From Alphaproteobacteria bacterium (lineage in GTDB: Bacteria; Pseudomonadota; Alphaproteobacteria; GCA-2731375): 64,000 nt of DNA. Each line of letters opens with the position of its first letter. The first letter of the stretch is position 1. The DNA is taken from NCBI GenBank assembly GCA_030752605.1, contig JASMDX010000056.1:1925-65924 (forward strand), read 5' to 3'. Shown one piece after another: positions 9,779 through 19,753 of this stretch. Under the pieces are notes generated by a model. It saw only the letters and a program-made list of their open reading frames with translations, had not been told where the DNA came from and did not search any database. The position numbers and the translations under genes were made by a program.

Positions 9779-10726
9779 TTATGCCGGCGGCAATTTCTTC
9801 AGTTCTTCTTCCAATTCCGGCACCGCCTTGAACAGATCGGCAACCAGGCCGTAATCGGCAACCTGGAAGATCGGCGCCTCTTCATCCTTGTTGATGGCGA
9901 CGATCACCTTGCTGTCCTTCATGCCGGCCAGATGCTGAATGGCGCCCGAAATGCCAACCGCAATATACAGATCCGGCGCCACCACCTTGCCGGTTTGGCC
10001 GACCTGATAGTCGTTGGGTACGAAACCCGCATCCACCGCCGCGCGCGAGGCGCCAACGGCGGCCCCAAGTTGGTCGGCGACCGCTTCGATAATCGGAAAG
10101 TTGTCGCCCGACTGCATGCCGCGCCCGCCGGAGATAATGGTTTTCGCCGCTGTCAGTTCCGGGCGCTCGGACTTGGACAGTTCCTCGCCCACGAAGCTGG
10201 ACAGGCCCGGATCACCGGCCGCCGCGACGCTTTCAACCTTGGCCGAACCGCCGTCGGCGGCCGCTTTTTCGAAGCCGGTGGCACGAATGGTAATAATTTT
10301 GATGGCGTCGGACGATTGCACCGTTGCCATGGCATTGCCGGCATAGATCGGCCGAACGAACCTATCCGGACCTTCGATGCCCGAAATTTCGGAAATCTGA
10401 CTGACATCCAACAGAGCCGCGACACGGGGCATGAAGTTCTTGCCGACCGTATTGGCGACCGCCATCACGGCGCCGTAGTTCTGCGCTAAGGGCACCACCA
10501 GATCGGCCATGGGCTCGGCCACCATGTTGGCATACATGGCGTCATCGGCGACCAGCACCTTGGCAACGCCGGCAACCTTCGCCGCCGCTTCGCCAACCGC
10601 GCTGCAACCCTGGCCCGCTACCAGGATATCCACGTCACCACCCAATTGCCCGGCCGCGGTGACGGCGGCCAGGGTCGCCGGCTTCAGCTCGGCATTATCA
10701 TGTTCTGCAATTACCAGGGTGGACAT
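9779..10726 (-). CDS. etfA: electron transfer flavoprotein subunit alpha
   Basis: [11 protein letters not shown]...; [37 protein letters not shown] is the ETF-alpha FAD signature. Ends in TAA. Confidence 0.95.
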   Translation of the reverse strand: [315 protein letters not shown]

Positions 10727-11475
10727 TAGATTACCCCCGCTTCGTTACGCAATTTACTTACCAGTTCAGCCGCATCCTCGACAATCACGCCGGCTTGGCG
10801 CGTTGGCGGGTCCTGCACCTTCAAAGTGGTCAGGCGCGGCGCCGTATCGACGCCGAGGTCTTCCGGGGTTTTCTCGTCGATAGGCTTTTTCTTGGCCTTC
10901 ATGATATTCGGCAACGAGGCGTAACGCGGCTCGTTCAAACGCAAATCAGTGGTGACGATCATCGGCAGTTTCAGATCCAGGGTCTGCAGACCACCGTCTA
11001 CTTCGCGGGTCACGCTGGCGCTACCGTCGCCCAACTTGATCTCGGAAGCGAAGGTGCCCTGGGCCCAGCCCAGCAGTGCCGCCAGCATCTGGCCGGTCTG
11101 GTTGCAATCATCGTCGATCGCCTGTTTGCCCAGGATCACTAGGCCCGGCTGTTCTTCGTCCACCACGGCTTTCATAATCTTGGCTATGTGCAAGGGTTCC
11201 AAGTCTTCGTCGGTCTTGACCAGGATGCCGCGGTCGGCACCCATGGCCAGGGCGGTGCGGATGGTCTCCTGGCATTGCTGTACACCGACGGAAATGGCGA
11301 CGACTTCATCGACCAACCCGGCTTCTTTCATGCGCAGAGCCTCTTCGATGGCGATTTCATCGAAAGGATTCATGGACATTTTGACATTCAATAGATCAAC
11401 GCCGGTCTGGTCAGCCTTGACCCGGATCTTGACGTTGTAGTCAACCACGCGCTTGACGGCGACGAGCACTTTCAT
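10726..11475 (-). CDS. etfB: electron transfer flavoprotein subunit beta
   Basis: [19 protein letters not shown]...[19 protein letters not shown] at 11475. The stop overlaps the etfA start. Confidence 0.95.
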
Positions 11476-11736
11476 CAGCAGCCTCTTCACTCAGGGGAAT
11501 GGGACTTCCGGTGGCGTGGGGCCCTGTGCCCAGGCACCGGGCGGACGGATTACCACGCCCGCGGGTTTATGCTGCGCTGCAAAATAGGGAAGCCGACAAG
11601 GCGAGTCAACGCGCGGACGCCATCATCGCGGCAAAAGGCCGCATTTGGAGTTTTCCATACCTCACCGAACCACCCGCTCCCTCTTCCCGGCCATCCGCGA
11701 CTGGTACCCTGTGGGTGGCCTGGCAACTCAAAAAGT

Positions 11737-12171
11737 TTACTCGGTGAATAGCGGCTCCATTGGCTCTGCCGTGGAGAGAAATTCCAGCAGATTGCCGTCT
11801 GGATCGCGGAAATATACCGATTGCCCCCAAACCCCGTCGGCGGCCCAGCGCGGTACCGGCCCCTCGATGATTTCGATTCCGGCATCTTTCAAATGCGCCA
11901 CGGCTTCTGCAATGGTTCCGTCCCAGCGAAAGCAGGCATCAAGGGTGCCGGATTCCAGCCTCTCGGCAACCAGATAGGCCGGCTTGTCGAGATATTGCAG
12001 ATTCATCACCGCGCCGCCCAGCTCGATCGGCAGTACCGGCAGCCCGCCATCGCGAAAACGTTGCAGATAGCGAGGCCGCCCACCCAGGGTATCGCAATAG
12101 AACTTGATGGAACGCTCCATATCGGCGGCCATGACAACCGCATGATCGATGGTGCGAATTCGAAGGGCCAT
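11737..12171 (-). CDS. VOC (glyoxalase/bleomycin-resistance/dioxygenase) family protein
   Basis: From the ATG at 12171: MALRIRTIDHAVVMAADMERSIKFYCDTLG ... VYFRDPDGNLLEF. Confidence 0.75.
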   Translation of the reverse strand: MALRIRTIDHAVVMAADMERSIKFYCDTLGGRPRYLQRFRDGGLPVLPIELGGAVMNLQYLDKPAYLVAERLESGTLDACFRWDGTIAEAVAHLKDAGIEIIEGPVPRWAADGVWGQSVYFRDPDGNLLEFLSTAEPMEPLFTE

Positions 12172-12221
12172 GCGTCTCTCCAATTTGATGCCTATAGTGG
12201 CTTCCGTTATTTGCAGATAGA

Positions 12222-12858
12222 TTGGAGCAAACCATGTCCGAGATCGAGTATTTCTATTCCGACCATTCCGCATTCGCCTATTTGGGCTCGACCCGGTTCA
12301 TGGCAATAGCCAAGGCGGCGGACCGGGCGATCACGCACCGACCGATTGACCCGTGCCGCATCGTACCGACCGGTGGCGCCCAGTCCTTCAACCAGCGCAG
12401 CGCTAAAATTTTTTGCGTACTATTTCCGCCGCGCGATCGACCGTTGGGCCGAGGAGCGGAATGCCCCGGTAATGGATGGACGGCCCACCTTTCATGACAA
12501 TGATACCGCGCCACCCAACGGCATGTTGATCGCCGGATTACAGCAGGGACTGAATATGGACAAGCTGGCCCATGCCATGTTGCAGGCCCATTGGCGGGAC
12601 GATGCGGACCTGACGGACCGTGATACACAGGTCAAAATCGCCAACGGTATTGGCGTTGCACCGAAACCATTGCTCGACGCGGCCCTAACGGACGAGGTGC
12701 AGGTGATTTACAACGCAAATACGGAAGAAGCGATCGAGCGCTCGGTCTTCGGCTCGCCCGCCTATTTCGTGGGTGGTGATTTGTTCTATGGCCAGGACCG
12801 CCTGGAGATGGTGGAACGCGCTCTGCGCCAACCCTATGCGCCCTCGAAATATGCCTGA
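12222..12858 (+). pseudogene. 2-hydroxychromene-2-carboxylate isomerase / DsbA-like family gene, frameshifted
   Basis: The N-terminal MSEIEYFYSDHSAFAYLGSTRF...GGAQSFNQRSA (frame 3) continues as KFFAYYFRRAIDRWAEERNAPV...SVFGSPAYFVGGDLFYGQDRLEMVERAL in frame 1. The switch falls in the run gctaaaatttttt at about 12407..12416. Confidence 0.7.
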
Positions 12859-13200
12859 TGGCGGGTTATTGGGACACGACCCGGTCTTGGCAATTTCAGA
12901 TGCGGCGGCCACGGGTGAGACGGCGGCGATTTTCGCGGATATCTGCACGACCATAGATATCCCACTGATCACCTCCGTCTGGCGCTCGCTTTACGATGTT
13001 GAAGACGGCCTGACGGACGGTGAAGCCAATTTATCTGACCGGATAGGTTGGGCCGGCCCTGGAGCGCGTTATTGCGTCGGGGGATCTGCCAGAACCCGAA
13101 CTATTGGTGCCGGGACAACTGGCCTGAGCCGGTATCGGCGCCGGCGCCGTGGCCCACATGGTCGCCCTCGGCCATGCCCTGGCGAATTGTCTAAAACCCT
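12851..13200 (+). pseudogene. decayed DehI-like (halocarboxylic acid dehalogenase-like) gene fragment
   Basis: ATG at 12851 gives ...AATGETAAIFADICTTIDIPLITSVWRSL. Similarity then moves to another frame as TVKPIYLTG[TAG]VGPALERVIASGDLPEPELLVPGQLA[TGA]AGIGAGAVAHMVALGHALANCLKP. The rest of the gene is missing where the convergent adenosyltransferase gene ends. The family assignment is from memory and is tentative. Confidence 0.4.
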
Positions 13201-13762
13201 AACAGTTAGTCCCTGGCACCCATAGGATATCCGCGGCGCCGTCGACGTTGGCGTGGCGGGCCAGTTGGAATAGGTGGTCCGACAGGCGGTTCAGATAACG
13301 CAATGCGGCGGGGTTGATTTCCGCTTCATGGGCCAAGGTGGTCACCACGCGCTCGGCACGCCGGGCTACCGTGCGGCCCAGGTGCAAATGCGCCGCCAAT
13401 GTGGTACCGCCGGGCAGGACAAATGAATTCAGGGTTGATAGCGCCGTGCCCAATCGGTCTATTTCCTGCTCCAACCGCTCCACCTGGGCCTCGACAATGC
13501 GTAGCGGCGGATACTTTGGCTCATCGATGATAGGCGTCGCCAGATCGGCGCCCAGATCGAACAGATCGTGCTGGATACGCGCCAGCATCCCGTCCACGGC
13601 TCCATCCGCGTGCTGGCGGGCCAGGCCAATGACCGCGTTCAATTCATCCACATCGCCATAGGCCGCAACGCGCAGGTCGTCCTTGGCCACCCGGCTGCCA
13701 TCGCTCAACGAGGTCAGGCCGCCGTCACCGCCACGGGTATAGATTTTTGTCAGCTTGACCAT
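13199..13762 (-). CDS. PduO-type ATP:cob(I)alamin adenosyltransferase
   Basis: MVKLTKIYTRGGDGGLTSL..., ARRAERV and LNRLSDHLF motifs. Confidence 0.9.
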   Translation of the reverse strand: MVKLTKIYTRGGDGGLTSLSDGSRVAKDDLRVAAYGDVDELNAVIGLARQHADGAVDGMLARIQHDLFDLGADLATPIIDEPKYPPLRIVEAQVERLEQEIDRLGTALSTLNSFVLPGGTTLAAHLHLGRTVARRAERVVTTLAHEAEINPAALRYLNRLSDHLFQLARHANVDGAADILWVPGTNC

Positions 13763-13766
13763 GCCC

Positions 13767-13964
13767 CTAACCTTGATTTACGAAAAATAGCGTCACCATG
13801 ATGGCGACGGCCACCAGCTGCAGAATGATGCGCCAGCGCATCAGCTTGTTGCCATGCTTGGCGTTGAACGCCCCGCCTCGCCCCATGCCGTAAACGCCGA
13901 CCAGCAACACACCCAGCACGGCAACCAGGGCAATAACCAAAACCACCATTAAAATACCGGACAT
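13767..13964 (-). CDS. twin-transmembrane-helix small protein (HIG1-domain family)
   Basis: 65 aa with two hydrophobic helices flanking GGAFNAKHGNKLMRWRI. This is the layout common in alphaproteobacteria. Confidence 0.7.
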   Translation of the reverse strand: MSGILMVVLVIALVAVLGVLLVGVYGMGRGGAFNAKHGNKLMRWRIILQLVAVAIMVTLFFVNQG

Positions 13965-14115
13965 GGCAACTCCCTAATAATGTGTGCAGCGTGCCGATAA
14001 ATACACACCGGTTCTGCTATGATCACAGACGGAAAACATACGGCCAGTCCTAACATAAAACCGTGACGACTGGACAAGGTTGTTTGGGTTGCTTGGGTTG
14101 TTTAAGGGAAATTGC

Positions 14116-15342
14116 ATGAGCGGTGACGGGCTGAATGGGCGGCGGATGTGGTCCCTGGCGTTGTTGGCAGTTTGCGAGGTGGCCGTATTGGGCTTGTGGT
14201 TTTCGGCCTCCGCCGTTGTGCCGACCCTGGTCCTGGAATACAGCCTTTCGCCCAGCCAGGCTTCCCTGATAACCTCGGCCGTGCAGGTCGGTTTTGTCGC
14301 CGGCACCCTGACATCGGCCATATTCTCCCTAGCCGACCGCCTGGACCCGCGCCGCTTTTTCATGTTCTCGGCCTTGGTGGCGGCTGGGGCCAATGCCCTG
14401 TTGCTGGCGCTGGAGCCGACCTCGCCAATGGTAATCGTGTTGCGCTTCATCACCGGGGCCTGCATGGCGGGCGTCTATCCCGTGGGCATGAAGATGGCGG
14501 CCAGCTGGGCCCGCGACGATGTTGGTCTGTTGATTGGCATTCTGGTCGGCGCCTTGACGCTGGGCTCCGCCGCGCCGCATCTGTTCAATGCCTTTGGTGG
14601 CATTGATTGGCATTTCACCATTCTGACCGCTTCCGCCGCGGCCCTGTCGGCGGCGCTGTTGATCAGTCTGGTCCAACTAGGCCCGAAGATCGCACCCGCG
14701 CCCCCTTTTCGTCCCGGCGCCGCGTTCGAGGCCTTTCGCCGGCCGGCGCTGCGTTGGGCCAACTTTGGCTATCTGGGTCATATGTGGGAGCTGTATGCCA
14801 TGTGGGCCTGGCTGGTGGTGTTCATGGACGCTTCGTTTCGTCTTGGCATGGAGGCTGACGCGGCGGCCTGGTGGTCTCGTCTGGCGACCTTTGGCGCCAT
14901 GGGTCTGGGCGGTGCCATCGGCTGCCTGCTGGGCGGGGTGATCGCCGACCGTTATGGCCGTACGACGTTGACCATGGGCGCGATGACTGCCTCGGGCCTG
15001 TGCGCCCTGGTAATCGGCTTTTTGTTTGGCGCCGATCCGTGGCTGTTAACCCTGCTGGCAGCTATCTGGGGGGTCACGGTGGTGGCGGATTCAGCGCAGT
15101 TTTCAGCCTCTATCGTCGAGCTGTCGCCGCCTGAATCTGTCGGCACCATGTTGACCGTGCAGACCTGCGTCGGCTTCCTGTTGACCCTGTGCACGGTGCA
15201 TCTGGTACCACCCCTGGCGGCGGCCTGGGGTTGGCAATATGCCTTTTCCGTGCTGGCGGTGGGGCCATTCTTGGGCGTTTTCGCGATGTCACGCTTGCGG
15301 GTCCATCCGGATTCTGCCCGTCTGGCAGGGGGGCGCAGATAA
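14116..15342 (+). CDS. MFS transporter
   Basis: About 12 predicted hydrophobic segments, with an LADRLDPRR loop 2-3 motif. ATG at 14116. Confidence 0.85.
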   Translation: MSGDGLNGRRMWSLALLAVCEVAVLGLWFSASAVVPTLVLEYSLSPSQASLITSAVQVGFVAGTLTSAIFSLADRLDPRRFFMFSALVAAGANALLLALEPTSPMVIVLRFITGACMAGVYPVGMKMAASWARDDVGLLIGILVGALTLGSAAPHLFNAFGGIDWHFTILTASAAALSAALLISLVQLGPKIAPAPPFRPGAAFEAFRRPALRWANFGYLGHMWELYAMWAWLVVFMDASFRLGMEADAAAWWSRLATFGAMGLGGAIGCLLGGVIADRYGRTTLTMGAMTASGLCALVIGFLFGADPWLLTLLAAIWGVTVVADSAQFSASIVELSPPESVGTMLTVQTCVGFLLTLCTVHLVPPLAAAWGWQYAFSVLAVGPFLGVFAMSRLRVHPDSARLAGGRR

Positions 15343-15566
15343 TGGCGGAACTGAAACGCCGCCTGACCCTGCCGCTGCTGACCCTGTGTGGCCTTTGCGA
15401 AAAGGTTAGTAGCGCCGATCAATTCAATTTCATGATGATTGAAAACACTGGCGTGGTCGGCGTGCACTTTGGCGACTTTCTGCGCTATGCCGTCTGCGCT
15501 GACGTTGGCGCCATGCAAGAGGAACTTAATGCCGCGTTCCAGGCCGCCGCCGTTTCATGCGACTAA
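15342..15566 (+). CDS. hypothetical 74-aa protein, translationally coupled to the MFS gene (TAATG)
   Basis: The ATG at 15342 overlaps the MFS TAA. MAELKRRLTLPLLTLCGL... resembles the extreme N-terminus of APC-type permeases, so it may be a gene remnant. Confidence 0.3.
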   Translation: MAELKRRLTLPLLTLCGLCEKVSSADQFNFMMIENTGVVGVHFGDFLRYAVCADVGAMQEELNAAFQAAAVSCD

Positions 15567-15572
15567 CTGCGC

Positions 15573-15887
15573 CTAACCGGCGTGGGCCTGTCCGCCATTA
15601 ACCGGTTTGTGCTCGCCTTCGGGGAACGGCGCGAAGGGATAGGGGCGCTGTTCGGTATGAAATGTTTCGAAGGCCACGATCTGTTTCAGGTATTCGCCCA
15701 GGCGGGGTCCCAGCGTGTGGAGCTCTTCATTCACGGAACCCGTGGCCAGGCGGGTGACGAATTGCACCACGACGATGGCCAGAATGGCGAATTACTCGGT
15801 GTTGAAGGCCACCGCGAACAGCACCATGAAACAGGGCCGTTGCCAGATCGATTGATCGGAGATGTTGCTCTTGAGTTTCTCGTCCAT
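15573..15887 (-). pseudogene. DUF4389-like small membrane protein gene with an in-frame TAA
   Basis: From the reverse ATG at 15887: MDEKLKSNISDQSIWQRPCFMVLFAVAFNTE[TAA at 15792..15794]FAILAIVVVQFVTRLATGSVNEELHTLGPRLGEYLKQIVAFETFHTEQRPYPFAPFP. This is one 105-codon frame with one internal stop. Confidence 0.55.
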
Positions 15888-16012
15888 GCCGTTGCCGTCC
15901 CTTTGCTGGGTGTTATGGGAAGTATCGACAACAGATAGGTAGGGCGCACGCACATGCAAGATGACGCTGGGCGGAATTGACGGCCCGAAATCCGGTCAGC
16001 GGCGATGCTTGC

Positions 16013-16267
16013 CTATTTTGGCAGGAATTTCATGTGCTGTTTTTTCGGCAGTTCGCCGTGACGGGCTTTGTGGCGAGCGTTGAAAAACCAAGACAGCAGA
16101 ACAAAGGCGGTGATGGTTACAGCCCCGGTGCCCAAAACCAGGTAAAAGGTGAATTCCGACCACGTGACCCATAATGCCAACGGCGTCAACATGCCGATGA
16201 AACCGAAGAAAACCAGCAACGCTTCCAACGCCTTGTCGGACACTGATACTAGTAAATTTTCCCGCAT
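16013..16267 (-). CDS. hypothetical small membrane protein (two hydrophobic helices)
   Basis: 84-aa ORF with LLVFFGFIGMLTPLALWV and LVLGTGAVTITAFVLLSWFF, then a basic tail. Confidence 0.4.
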   Translation of the reverse strand: MRENLLVSVSDKALEALLVFFGFIGMLTPLALWVTWSEFTFYLVLGTGAVTITAFVLLSWFFNARHKARHGELPKKQHMKFLPK

Positions 16268-16333
16268 GAACGACCCTAACAGACAAAGCCAAAACCAACC
16301 GGCGCGGTAACCTGTCGCCAGGATACCGAAAAT

Positions 16334-16408
16334 TGGTTGGGGCGGCAGGGATCGAACCTGCGAATCACGGGATCAAAACCCGTTGCCTTACCACTTGGCT
16401 ACGCCCCA
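16334..16408 (-). tRNA. tRNA-Gln (anticodon UUG), CCA encoded
   Basis: The reverse complement folds by hand as UGGGGCG-UA-GCC/AAGUGGUAA/GGC-A-ACGGG/UUUUGAU/CCCGU-...-GCAGG/UUCGAUC/CCUGC-CGCCCCA-A-CCA. Confidence 0.95.
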
Positions 16409-16503
16409 ATTTTAGACGACCGGCAATATAGGCATCGGCGCCGTGGGAAACAACGCCCAAGGAAAGGAAAAAGTACTAAATTTTTGTGCCTACTTTTTAG
16501 ATT

Positions 16504-17532
16504 CTATTTCGCCGCACCGCCGGCTTCCTGGCTATGGCACTCCGGCCATACGATGATGATGCCATAACAGCACAATGCCGCGATGCTCCAGACCGGCGCC
16601 GTATCGGGTGCGAACGAGGCCAACAGGCCCGGCATGCCGGTTAGGCCCAAATATACCAGCAGGCCCCAGCGCCAGGGCATCCGGTGATAAAGTATATGAT
16701 GCAAATGGCTGCGGTCGGAGGCAAAGGGAGAGCGGCCGCGGAACGTGCGCAAGGCCATGACCCGCAGGCAATCGACCACTGGGATCAGGAACCACAGGGC
16801 CACCAGGTCTGCCGGCAGCATGGTGAAGGCAATGTCGTAAACGTAAACGGTCAGGAGCGCGATGATGAAGCTGAGAAAATAACTACCCGAATCACCTAGA
16901 AACAACCGGCCGCGCAGATTGAATGCCAGGGTCACCAATAATGCGGCGCCCAGGGTAAGCAGGACCGGGCGCAGGTGATCGGGCGCGAATAACAGCAGCT
17001 CCACTGACCAGAACAGGCACAGGCCAATGACGATGCCGTTCTTGCCATCAGCCATGTTTATGGCGTTCTGCAAGCCGACGATGCAGACGGCGGTGAAGAT
17101 CAAGGCGAGCTGCTCCAGAAAAACAACCTGCCCAAGAAAGCTGAAATGCAGAAAGCTTAGCAACAGCGCCGGTACGATTTCCAAAACCGCCAAGGCTAAC
17201 AAAAATGACAACACCAGGCGATAGATTGGCCGAATTTGGGCCCGGTCATCCAGCAGGCCCAACAACAGAGAGGCCAGACCGGCGATGGCGATGACGAGGT
17301 AGAGCGGCAAAAAATCCGTGGCCACCGCGCCGTAGAACAACGCCAGCAAGGTCGGCAGGCCAATCGCCAACCCGCCCACCAAGGGCGTTATGGTGGGGTG
17401 AATTTTGCGCTTGCCGTCCGGGGCATCAAGGATCCCCAATACGATGCTGATCGGCCGGGCATATACGCAGACCAGCAGGCTCACCGCCGCCGCCCCGGTG
17501 ATCGCGAGAAGGCCGGTTACCGCGCTGCTCAT
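16504..17532 (-). CDS. glycosyltransferase family 4 (WecA/MraY-type undecaprenyl-phosphate sugar-1-phosphate transferase)
   Basis: Polytopic membrane protein with TPLVGGLAI, GLLDD and NAINMADGKNG motifs. Confidence 0.85.
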   Translation of the reverse strand: MSSAVTGLLAITGAAAVSLLVCVYARPISIVLGILDAPDGKRKIHPTITPLVGGLAIGLPTLLALFYGAVATDFLPLYLVIAIAGLASLLLGLLDDRAQIRPIYRLVLSFLLALAVLEIVPALLLSFLHFSFLGQVVFLEQLALIFTAVCIVGLQNAINMADGKNGIVIGLCLFWSVELLLFAPDHLRPVLLTLGAALLVTLAFNLRGRLFLGDSGSYFLSFIIALLTVYVYDIAFTMLPADLVALWFLIPVVDCLRVMALRTFRGRSPFASDRSHLHHILYHRMPWRWGLLVYLGLTGMPGLLASFAPDTAPVWSIAALCCYGIIIVWPECHSQEAGGAAK

Positions 17533-17806
17533 AACTCCGCTAATAGCTGCTTCCTTCGCGTTGACGCGTCCAATGGGAGAGCGTAGTTAAGTGTACGATT
17601 ACGATAGCCTGGTTTCGATAACCCGGTCAGGCAAAGTGACGATTCGTTCGAAACTATGCCTGATTGGCACCATAAGCCAGCGCTATGTTCATGTGGGCAC
17701 ACGACGCCGAATGGCGGTGGACCAATCGAATAAGCGATTTTGGGGTATCGGGTCAAACCTTGCGTATGGCGAGGCGGATTTAGAACCGATTTGGAGCAAT
17801 TAACTT

Positions 17807-18808
17807 ATGACGAACTTGCTTACCGGTGCCGCTGGTTTTATCGGTTTTCACGTGGCGCGGCGGCTCTTGGATCAGGGCGAGCGGGTCGTCGGCGTCGATA
17901 ACCTGAGCCCCTATTATTCGGTAAGCCTGAAGGAAGACCGTTTGCGGCAATTGTTGCAGCATCCCAATTTTACCTTCCATCAGGTCAATATCGCCGACCG
18001 GGGCGCCATGCAGGAGGCGGTCGGCGGCCTGAAAATCAGCTCGATCATCCATTTGGCAGCCCAGGCCGGGGTCCGCTACTCCCTGGAAAACCCCTTTGCC
18101 TATATCGAGGCCAATGTGGTTGGCCATATGGTTGTTCTCGAACTGGCCCGGCAGCAAGCGGCGTTGGAGCATCTGGTTTACGCATCTTCCTCATCCGTTT
18201 ACGGCGGCAATACGAAATTTCCCTTCAGCGAGGATGACCGGGTGGATCAACCGGTATCGTTGTATGCTGCGACCAAGAAAGCCGATGAACTGCTGTCGCA
18301 ATCCTATGCCCATTTATACGGCATCCCGCAAACCGGCCTGCGTTTCTTTACCGTGTATGGCCCCTGGGGCCGGCCGGACATGGCCTTGTGGCTGTTCACG
18401 GAGGCGATCCTGACGGGACGGGCTATCAAGGTTTTCAACAATGGCGATATGCGCCGGGACTTTACCTATGTGGATGATATTGTCACGGGCATCCTGGCCG
18501 CACGCGACAACCCGCCTGCTCGCAAAGATAGTGGGCAAGGCGGCGAGGCGGGTGGCGGGGCGCCGCACCGGGTCTACAACATCGGCAATAACCATCCCGA
18601 ACAACTGTTGCGGCTGATCGAAGTGTTGGAAGACGCCCTTGGCTGCAAAGCGGAGCGGATCTTGCTGCCCATGCAGCCCGGCGACGTCAAGCAAACCTAC
18701 GCCGATTTGACTGCCATTGAACGGGATCTCGGCTTCAAGCCGACGACAGTCATTGAGCAGGGCGTGCCCCAATTCACCGCCTGGTACCGGGACTACTACA
18801 ATCTGTAG
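17807..18808 (+). CDS. NAD-dependent epimerase (UDP-glucuronate 4-epimerase-like)
   Basis: LLTGAAGFIGFHV, YASSSSVYG, YAATKKADE, RFFTVYGPWGRPDMA. Confidence 0.9.
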   Translation: MTNLLTGAAGFIGFHVARRLLDQGERVVGVDNLSPYYSVSLKEDRLRQLLQHPNFTFHQVNIADRGAMQEAVGGLKISSIIHLAAQAGVRYSLENPFAYIEANVVGHMVVLELARQQAALEHLVYASSSSVYGGNTKFPFSEDDRVDQPVSLYAATKKADELLSQSYAHLYGIPQTGLRFFTVYGPWGRPDMALWLFTEAILTGRAIKVFNNGDMRRDFTYVDDIVTGILAARDNPPARKDSGQGGEAGGGAPHRVYNIGNNHPEQLLRLIEVLEDALGCKAERILLPMQPGDVKQTYADLTAIERDLGFKPTTVIEQGVPQFTAWYRDYYNL

Positions 18809-18829
18809 CGGCCGCATCAAGCCGCCGGC

Positions 18830-19753
18830 ATGAGAACAGGCGCACGGACATTTGGCCGTGTCGAGGCGCCGGGCCAGGGCATCGCCTGCATGATGGCGGG
18901 CTGTCTGTTGTTGACCCTCAATGATGCCGTGGTGAAATGGATCTCGGGCGAGTTCCAGTTGGGGCAGGTTCTTGCAAGCCGTGGTCTGGCCGCCTTGATC
19001 GTCATCACCGCGGTGGTCGTCTGGCGCGAGGAATTCCATATATTTCGGATCAAATATCCCGGGGTGCAATTGCTCCGCGCGATTTTAATGATAGTCTCCA
19101 CTTTTCTGTTTGTCTCCGGTCTACGGGAAATGCCGTTGGCGGAAAATATTGCTATCGCCTTTGTCGGGCCCATTTTTGTTACCGCCCTGGCACCGGTTTT
19201 TCTGGCCGAAAAAGTCGGTTGGCGTCGCTGGAGCGCCGTGCTGATGGGCTTTGCAGGCGTTCTAGTGATGTTGCGTCCTCAAGGCGCCCTAGGCATGGGT
19301 GGGGGTGGTGACGGTTTGAACTGGGTGGCGCTGTTTCCAGCCGGCGCGGCGCTGTGCGGCGCCTTTCGCGATATTCTGACGCGCCGCATCTCTCATGGCG
19401 AGGCCACCGGTACCACCCTGTTTTATTCCACCCTGGGCGTCACTCTTGCTGGTGCGGCGGTGACGCCATTTGGCTGGCAAACGCCGGGTGCAAGTGATTT
19501 GGTTTTGCTTGCCCTGGCCGGTCTGTTGTTGTGCAGCGCGCATTTTCTGCATATCGAGACCTTCCGCTTTGCCGAGGCCGCCTTCGTGGCGCCTTTCAAG
19601 TACTCCTCGCTATTGTGGGCCACGGCCTTTGGTTTTCTGTTCTGGGGCGATGTGCCGGATGGCTGGACGGTGCTGGGCGCGGCCTTGTTGATCGGCAGTG
19701 GCATCTACATATTTCACAGAGAGGGCAGACAACCTGTTAGGATGCCGCGATGA
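18830..19753 (+). CDS. DMT-superfamily (EamA) transporter
   Basis: About ten hydrophobic segments with two EamA-like halves. It sits inside the sugar-nucleotide gene cluster, and its stop overlaps the galE ATG (ATGA). Confidence 0.8.
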   Translation: MRTGARTFGRVEAPGQGIACMMAGCLLLTLNDAVVKWISGEFQLGQVLASRGLAALIVITAVVVWREEFHIFRIKYPGVQLLRAILMIVSTFLFVSGLREMPLAENIAIAFVGPIFVTALAPVFLAEKVGWRRWSAVLMGFAGVLVMLRPQGALGMGGGGDGLNWVALFPAGAALCGAFRDILTRRISHGEATGTTLFYSTLGVTLAGAAVTPFGWQTPGASDLVLLALAGLLLCSAHFLHIETFRFAEAAFVAPFKYSSLLWATAFGFLFWGDVPDGWTVLGAALLIGSGIYIFHREGRQPVRMPR

